64,000 nt of DNA from Bacteroidota bacterium (GTDB lineage: Bacteria > Bacteroidota > Bacteroidia > Chitinophagales > Chitinophagaceae), in contig JABDBG010000003.1 in assembly GCA_013288745.1 (NCBI GenBank), positions 1,207 through 65,206 on the forward strand. Reading direction: 5' to 3'. A program made the position numbers and the translations under genes. Below, in pieces: positions 59,254 through 64,000 of the stretch (position 1 is the first letter of the stretch; every line of letters starts with the position of its first letter). The notes beneath the pieces are model-generated. The model was not told where the DNA came from. It worked only from the letters and a program-made list of their open reading frames with translations, and did not search any database.

Positions 59254-59562
59254 TTATTTTTTCTTCTTGAACATTTCAAGCATTCTGTCTGTTACTACAA
59301 AACCACCGACAACATTGATCGTTCCTAAAATAACTGCCAGAAAACCTAATATGATCGCCAATAAATTATCTGACTCCGCTTTACCCATTACGATAATAGC
59401 GCCGATGATCACCACGCCATGAATAGCGTTGGCGCCACTCATTAAAGGCGTATGCAAAACACTCGGTACACGGCCGATCACTTCAATACCTACAAAGATC
59501 ATCAGTATAACGATGTAGATGATTTGCTGGTTATTGGAGATCCATTGAAGAATATCTTTCAT
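59254..59562 (-). CDS. pntAB: NAD(P) transhydrogenase alpha subunit part 2 (membrane)
   Basis: VPSVLHTPLMSGANAIHG, NVVGGFVVTDRMLEMF. Confidence 0.93.
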   Translation of the reverse strand: MKDILQWISNNQQIIYIVILMIFVGIEVIGRVPSVLHTPLMSGANAIHGVVIIGAIIVMGKAESDNLLAIILGFLAVILGTINVVGGFVVTDRMLEMFKKKK

Positions 59563-59579
59563 AAAAAACTATTTATCAA

Positions 59580-60704
59580 TTAAGCAATTAAACTTTTTAC
59601 ACGATCATTTACAATTTCACCATTGTGTGCAATACACGAACCTTTGATCAGGTCATCTTCAAAATTCAAATTGATGTTACCATCTTTATCGATCATCAAT
59701 TGTAAAAAATTCAGGATATTTTTTCCGTATAATTTGCTGGCATCGCTTGGCATATCGGATGCTAATCTTGAATTACCAACAATGCTTACGCCATTATGAA
59801 TAACGGTAGTATCATTTTTTGTAAGATCGGTATTACCACCTGTCGATGCAGCAAGGTCAATGATCACAGAACCATTTTTCATCGCTTCGATCATTGCTGT
59901 TGTAATTAATATCGGCGCTTTTTTCCCGGGAATTTGCGCGGTTGTAATTACGATATCTGCTTTAGCAACGCTTTCAGCGATCTTAGCTTTCTGTCTTTGT
60001 ATAAATTCTTCGCTTTGTTCTACTGCATAGCCGCCTGCTTTACTTGCATCTGCTGCACCTTCCACTTCTACGAATTTGGCGCCTAAGCTCATCACTTCTT
60101 CTTTCACTGCGGGCCTTGTATCAAATACTTCAATAACAGACCCCAATCTTTTTGCCGTTGCGATGGCTTGTAAACCTGCAACACCTGCACCAAGAATTAA
60201 AACTTTTGCAGGAGCAATACTGCCTGCAGCGGTCATGAACATCGGAAAATATTTCGGGTAAACATTTGCTGCTAATAATACCGCTTTATAACCCGCGATA
60301 TTCGCCTGACTACTTAATATATCCATGCTTTGTGCACGTGTTGTACGTGGCAGCATATCCATACTAAATACGCTTAAGCCTTTGCCTGCCCATTCTTTCA
60401 TCAGGCTGGCCGTAAACAGCGGTTGAAAAACACCAACAGCTATCGCGCCTTTTTTCATGCTTGAAATATCAGCATCAGAAAAAGTGTTGAACGATAAAAT
60501 GATATCGGAATTTTTTAATACTTCGGCACGACTGGTTACGGTTGCACCGGCTTCTTTGTACTTTTCATCATTCGCAAAAGCTGTTACGCCTGCGGTAGAC
60601 TCAATGTAAGTTTCTACTTTCCATTTTTTCAGAAGTGTTAGATGTTCTGGTAGTAGCGAAACTCTGGTTTCGGGAGTTGGTTCTTTTAATACACCAATTA
60701 TCAT
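59580..60704 (-). CDS. pntAA: NAD(P) transhydrogenase alpha subunit part 1
   Basis: ETRV, PRTTRAQSMDILSSQANIAGY, GAGVAGL, TTAQIPG. Confidence 0.95.
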   Translation of the reverse strand: MIIGVLKEPTPETRVSLLPEHLTLLKKWKVETYIESTAGVTAFANDEKYKEAGATVTSRAEVLKNSDIILSFNTFSDADISSMKKGAIAVGVFQPLFTASLMKEWAGKGLSVFSMDMLPRTTRAQSMDILSSQANIAGYKAVLLAANVYPKYFPMFMTAAGSIAPAKVLILGAGVAGLQAIATAKRLGSVIEVFDTRPAVKEEVMSLGAKFVEVEGAADASKAGGYAVEQSEEFIQRQKAKIAESVAKADIVITTAQIPGKKAPILITTAMIEAMKNGSVIIDLAASTGGNTDLTKNDTTVIHNGVSIVGNSRLASDMPSDASKLYGKNILNFLQLMIDKDGNINLNFEDDLIKGSCIAHNGEIVNDRVKSLIA

Positions 60705-60737
60705 AAATAGTAGATATTGCCGTGAAGATAGGAAAAA

Positions 60738-61535
60738 TTAATATGCAACGGAGAAGTGCTGCGTTACTTTAAAATCATTATTTATCAGCACGATCCCGAT
60801 GAAAAAAAGGTCGATCGTTAGTGTAACAGCCGGGTTTGACTGAATTGTTGTCCAGGCTGCTTCCATTTCAGCACTCCAGTGAATATCATCAAATATGAGA
60901 ATAGTTGTATTTGTTGAATGATTGAGCAACTGAGAAAAATAGTCGAGTGTAGGTTCTTTTCGATGATTGCCATCGATAAAAGCCAGGTTTATTTTATTTA
61001 ATGCAGAGAGAAGTGGTTGTATTGTTTGATCAAAATCTCCTTTAATTAAGTCGATATTTTTAAGTCCCAATTCACTAAAATTATTTTCTGCGATGGCTGC
61101 AATATTTTTTGATCCCTCGCAGGTGTAAACTTTTGAATGAGAATTTCCGGAAGCTAAATACGCTGTTGTAATTCCTAGAGACGTTCCTAATTCAATAATT
61201 GTTTCAGGCTTGTAGTACTGTGCTATCCGAAATAATAGCTGTGCGTATTTTTTTGGTTTTAAAGAAGTGGCCGCAATATCTTTTACTACTCTTTGATTTG
61301 ATTTAAAAACAGCAGAGCCCGCACCAAAATTTTCTACTTCGATCATTGCTGTATTGGCTAATAATTTCTTTCGCTGCGCTTCTATTTTATTATAACTATC
61401 ATATATTTTTTTATCTGTCAGCACATTTGCTATAAAATCAAACACAAACGGAGAGTGTACACCATGACCACTTCCATTGGATGCTGTAAAATAATAACGC
61501 AGGTATTTTTTTGCTAATTGGAAACGAGTATACAC
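60738..61535 (-). CDS. Class I SAM-dependent methyltransferase (Methyltransf_24-like)
   Basis: GHGVHSPFVF, IELGTSLG, FIDGNH, FDDIHWS; start codon uncertain. Confidence 0.88.
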   Translation of the reverse strand: MYTRFQLAKKYLRYYFTASNGSGHGVHSPFVFDFIANVLTDKKIYDSYNKIEAQRKKLLANTAMIEVENFGAGSAVFKSNQRVVKDIAATSLKPKKYAQLLFRIAQYYKPETIIELGTSLGITTAYLASGNSHSKVYTCEGSKNIAAIAENNFSELGLKNIDLIKGDFDQTIQPLLSALNKINLAFIDGNHRKEPTLDYFSQLLNHSTNTTILIFDDIHWSAEMEAAWTTIQSNPAVTLTIDLFFIGIVLINNDFKVTQHFSVAY

Positions 61536-61549
61536 AGGAAGTGTTTGAT

Positions 61550-62041
61550 TTATTTTTTATCCCAAACCTGGAAAGAATAAGCATATGCATGCTTTTCATC
61601 TATCGGATGATCTTCATTAGAGATCAGTTTCCATTTGCTTTCATCAATGGCAGGAAAGAAAGTATCTGCTTCGAAACTCGCATGCACTCTGGTTATGTAA
61701 ATTTTATTGGCAACATCTATTGATTGTTTGTAGATCTCTCCGCCACCGATCACAAATATTTCTTTGCAGTTTGTTTTTTTTGCTTCTTCCAATGCTTTAT
61801 CTAAAGTATCAACAACGATGGCTCCTTCTGCTTTCCAATCTTTATTGCGAGTAATAACAATATTTGTTCTTCCGGGCAATTGTTTACCGAAAGATTCAAA
61901 AGTTTTTCGGCCCATAATGATCGTCATTCCCCAGGTAGTATTTTTGAAGAACTTCATATCATTGGGTAAGCTCCACAATAACTGATTATCTTTTCCAATG
62001 GCGTTGTTTTCTGCTGCGGCAACAAGTAAACTAATTATCAT
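61550..62041 (-). CDS. folA: Dihydrofolate reductase
   Basis: NAIGKDNQLLW.LP.D, IMGRKTF, LPGR, VIGGGEIY, DTFFP. Confidence 0.96.
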   Translation of the reverse strand: MIISLLVAAAENNAIGKDNQLLWSLPNDMKFFKNTTWGMTIIMGRKTFESFGKQLPGRTNIVITRNKDWKAEGAIVVDTLDKALEEAKKTNCKEIFVIGGGEIYKQSIDVANKIYITRVHASFEADTFFPAIDESKWKLISNEDHPIDEKHAYAYSFQVWDKK

Positions 62042-62050
62042 AATGAGAGA

Positions 62051-62845
62051 TTAAACAGCAACAGGAGCTTTTATAGCGGGCCATGATTCATAATTTACCA
62101 ATTCAAAATCTTCGAATTTAAAATTGAAGATATCTTTTACATCCGGATTAATTTTCATTGTTGGCAAAGGAAAAGGCGCTCTTGTCAATTGCAAATGCGC
62201 CTGCTCAAAATGATTATTATACAAATGCACATCACCAAATGAATGCACAAATTCTCCTGGCTCTAACCCACAAACCTGCGCGATCATTAAAGTAAACAAT
62301 GCATAAGAAGCAATGTTAAAAGGTACACCTAAAAATACATCTGCACTCCGTTGATAGAGCTGGCAGCTTAGTTTTCCATTCGCTACATAAAACTGGAACA
62401 AACAATGACAAGGCATTAATTTCATCTTTGGCAGGTCTGCCACGTTCCACGCGCTGATAATTAATCTTCGACTATCAGGATTTGTTTTTATCTGATGGAT
62501 CAGGTCCTTTACCTGGTCAACTTCTACTCCACCCGCACCTTCCCAGCTGCGCCATTGTTTTCCGTAAACGGGCCCCAAATCTCCATTTTCATCTGCCCAT
62601 TCATCCCAGATCTTTACATTGTTCTCTTTTAAGTAAGCAATATTGGTATCGCCTTTTAAGAACCACAACAATTCATAAATGATACTTTTCATGTGACATT
62701 TTTTTGTTGTCACAAGAGGAAAACCCTCACTCAGGTCAAAACGCATTTGGTATCCAAATACACTTCTGGTACCTGTTCCTGTACGGTCACTTTTATCATT
62801 TCCCGTATCAATAATATGCTGTAGTAATTGTAAGTATTGTTGCAT
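62051..62845 (-). CDS. thyA: Thymidylate synthase
   Basis: [31 protein letters not shown]; start set at ATG 62845. Confidence 0.97.
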   Translation of the reverse strand: MQQYLQLLQHIIDTGNDKSDRTGTGTRSVFGYQMRFDLSEGFPLVTTKKCHMKSIIYELLWFLKGDTNIAYLKENNVKIWDEWADENGDLGPVYGKQWRSWEGAGGVEVDQVKDLIHQIKTNPDSRRLIISAWNVADLPKMKLMPCHCLFQFYVANGKLSCQLYQRSADVFLGVPFNIASYALFTLMIAQVCGLEPGEFVHSFGDVHLYNNHFEQAHLQLTRAPFPLPTMKINPDVKDIFNFKFEDFELVNYESWPAIKAPVAV

Positions 62846-62950
62846 GGTGTGCAAGTTAATTAATTTGGGAGAGGTCTGAACCATTGATTAAATTGATTTT
62901 TATGATTCGATTGATTTGTGGAATTTGCGTTAATAAATCCTATTAATACA

Positions 62951-62968
62951 ATCCGATAGCTATCGGAT
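62951..62968. repeat. REP-like perfect palindrome
   Basis: ATCCGATAGCTATCGGAT; related to TCCCGACAGCTATCGGGA at 51775-51792. Confidence 0.7.
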
Positions 62969-62997
62969 CAAGCAAAATACCAGACAAAAAATAAAAT

Positions 62998-63450
62998 ATG
63001 CATATCAATATCAGAAAAGCAATAAAAGAAGATTGTACAAGAATGATGGAGCTGGTAAATGAATTGGCCGTTTATGAAAAAGCGCCGGAACAGGTTACGG
63101 TAGACTTTAACCATTTTATAGAAAGCGGCTTTGGGCCCAATCCTGTCTGGTGGGCATATGTAGCAGAAGCTGATGGCGCAGTGCAAGGTTTTGCACTCTG
63201 TTATACACGCTACTCCACCTGGAAAGGACAAAGGATATTTTTGGAAGATCTTTTAGTAACGGAAAAATACCGGGGAAACGGTTTAGGAAAACTATTGGTA
63301 GATAAAGTAATTGAAGATGGAAAAGGCAAGCAATTTACAGGTATAACCTGGCAGGTTTTGGATTGGAACGAACCGGCTATCAATTTTTATAAAAAATACG
63401 AAGGCGTAGTTTTTGATGAAGAATGGGTTAATTGTAATATAAATTTTTAG
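62998..63450 (+). CDS. GNAT N-acetyltransferase (spermidine/diamine acetyltransferase-like)
   Basis: ELAVYEK, YSTWKG, LEDLLV..KYRGNGLG, VLDWNEPAINFY. Confidence 0.9.
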   Translation: MHINIRKAIKEDCTRMMELVNELAVYEKAPEQVTVDFNHFIESGFGPNPVWWAYVAEADGAVQGFALCYTRYSTWKGQRIFLEDLLVTEKYRGNGLGKLLVDKVIEDGKGKQFTGITWQVLDWNEPAINFYKKYEGVVFDEEWVNCNINF

Positions 63451-63539
63451 AAATCGTGTGTTTTCTGGTAATTATTACTCTTTAATTGCATTATCTTTAT
63501 AGCAATCCCATCAAATAACACAAATTACAAAAAATCTTT

Positions 63540-64000
63540 ATGGCAGAAAAAATTACAATGGCGAACGGAAAACTACAAGTTCCTAATAACCCGATCATTC
63601 CATTTATTGAAGGCGACGGAATTGGTCCGGATATCTGGAAAGCTTCCGTGAGGGTTTTTGATGCTGCCATACAAAAAGCTTACAGGGGAGAAAAAAAGAT
63701 ACAATGGATGGAAGTACTTGCAGGCGAAAGAGCTTTCAATGAAACAGGCAGCTGGATGCCGGAAGCCACCATGAATGCTTTTAAAGAATATTTATTATCG
63801 ATCAAAGGCCCGTTAACCACACCTGTTGGTGGTGGTATCCGTTCACTGAATGTTGCATTAAGACAAGAACTTGACCTATACGTTTGCTTACGCCCTGTTA
63901 GGTATTTCGAAGGCGTTCCTTCACCTATGTGGCAACCGGAAAAAGTAGAGATGACCATCTTCAGAGAAAATACAGAAGATATTTATGCGGGTATCGAATA
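63540..64000 (+). CDS. icd: NADP-dependent isocitrate dehydrogenase (3'-truncated; absent from the ORF track)
   Basis: [33 protein letters not shown]...[22 protein letters not shown]...[13 protein letters not shown]. Confidence 0.96.
   Translation, partial: MAEKITMANGKLQVPNNPIIPFIEGDGIGPDIWKASVRVFDAAIQKAYRGEKKIQWMEVLAGERAFNETGSWMPEATMNAFKEYLLSIKGPLTTPVGGGIRSLNVALRQELDLYVCLRPVRYFEGVPSPMWQPEKVEMTIFRENTEDIYAGIE

Noticed and set aside
59254-60704. Split pntA as a pseudogene
   Set aside because: Both parts are intact; the three-subunit transhydrogenase (PntAA, PntAB, PntB) is a known arrangement.
1-64000. tRNA or rRNA genes
   Set aside because: I saw no cloverleaf or rRNA signature in any intergenic region.

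Overview
A 64-kb chromosomal window from a Bacteroidota bacterium, probably Chitinophagaceae (gldJ/porV, TAnnTTTG promoters, no Shine-Dalgarno motifs). Most of it is housekeeping: ilvD-ilvB-(DinB)-ilvN-ilvC-ilvA, gltBD, dapA, rnz, clpC, cmk, gldJ, porV-ispF-dut, bshA, ribD, prmC, exbBD, a Crp/Fnr regulator, pepT, fmt, split pntA plus pntB, folA-thyA and icd. The main discovery is a 10,420-bp cargo transposon at 22556-32975. It has perfect 59-bp terminal inverted repeats (TIRs) and an 8-bp palindromic target duplication (CAATATTG). It sits exactly at the symmetry centre of the bidirectional terminator between the convergent genes cmk and gldJ. Each TIR carries its own terminator-like hairpin, so the element appears to replace the terminator it destroys. 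Its internal IS1595-family DDE transposase has a C-terminal NUMOD1/IENR1-like DNA-binding domain of the type found in homing endonucleases. Cargo includes a stand-alone OLD-type ABC-ATPase/TOPRIM nuclease, a stand-alone HNH domain, a GhoS/DUF2622-like protein, XRE and RHH regulators with candidate operators, lipoproteins and membrane proteins. A second, empty terminator with the same CAATATTG centre lies at 47538-47571. Secondary observations include hairpins built from short tandem repeats (one embedded in-frame in an RsmF-like gene), REP-like palindromes, a candidate structured leader before an FKBP gene, a direct repeat upstream of clpC and a candidate Crp/Fnr site. All family assignments come from motifs recognised by eye; no searches were run.
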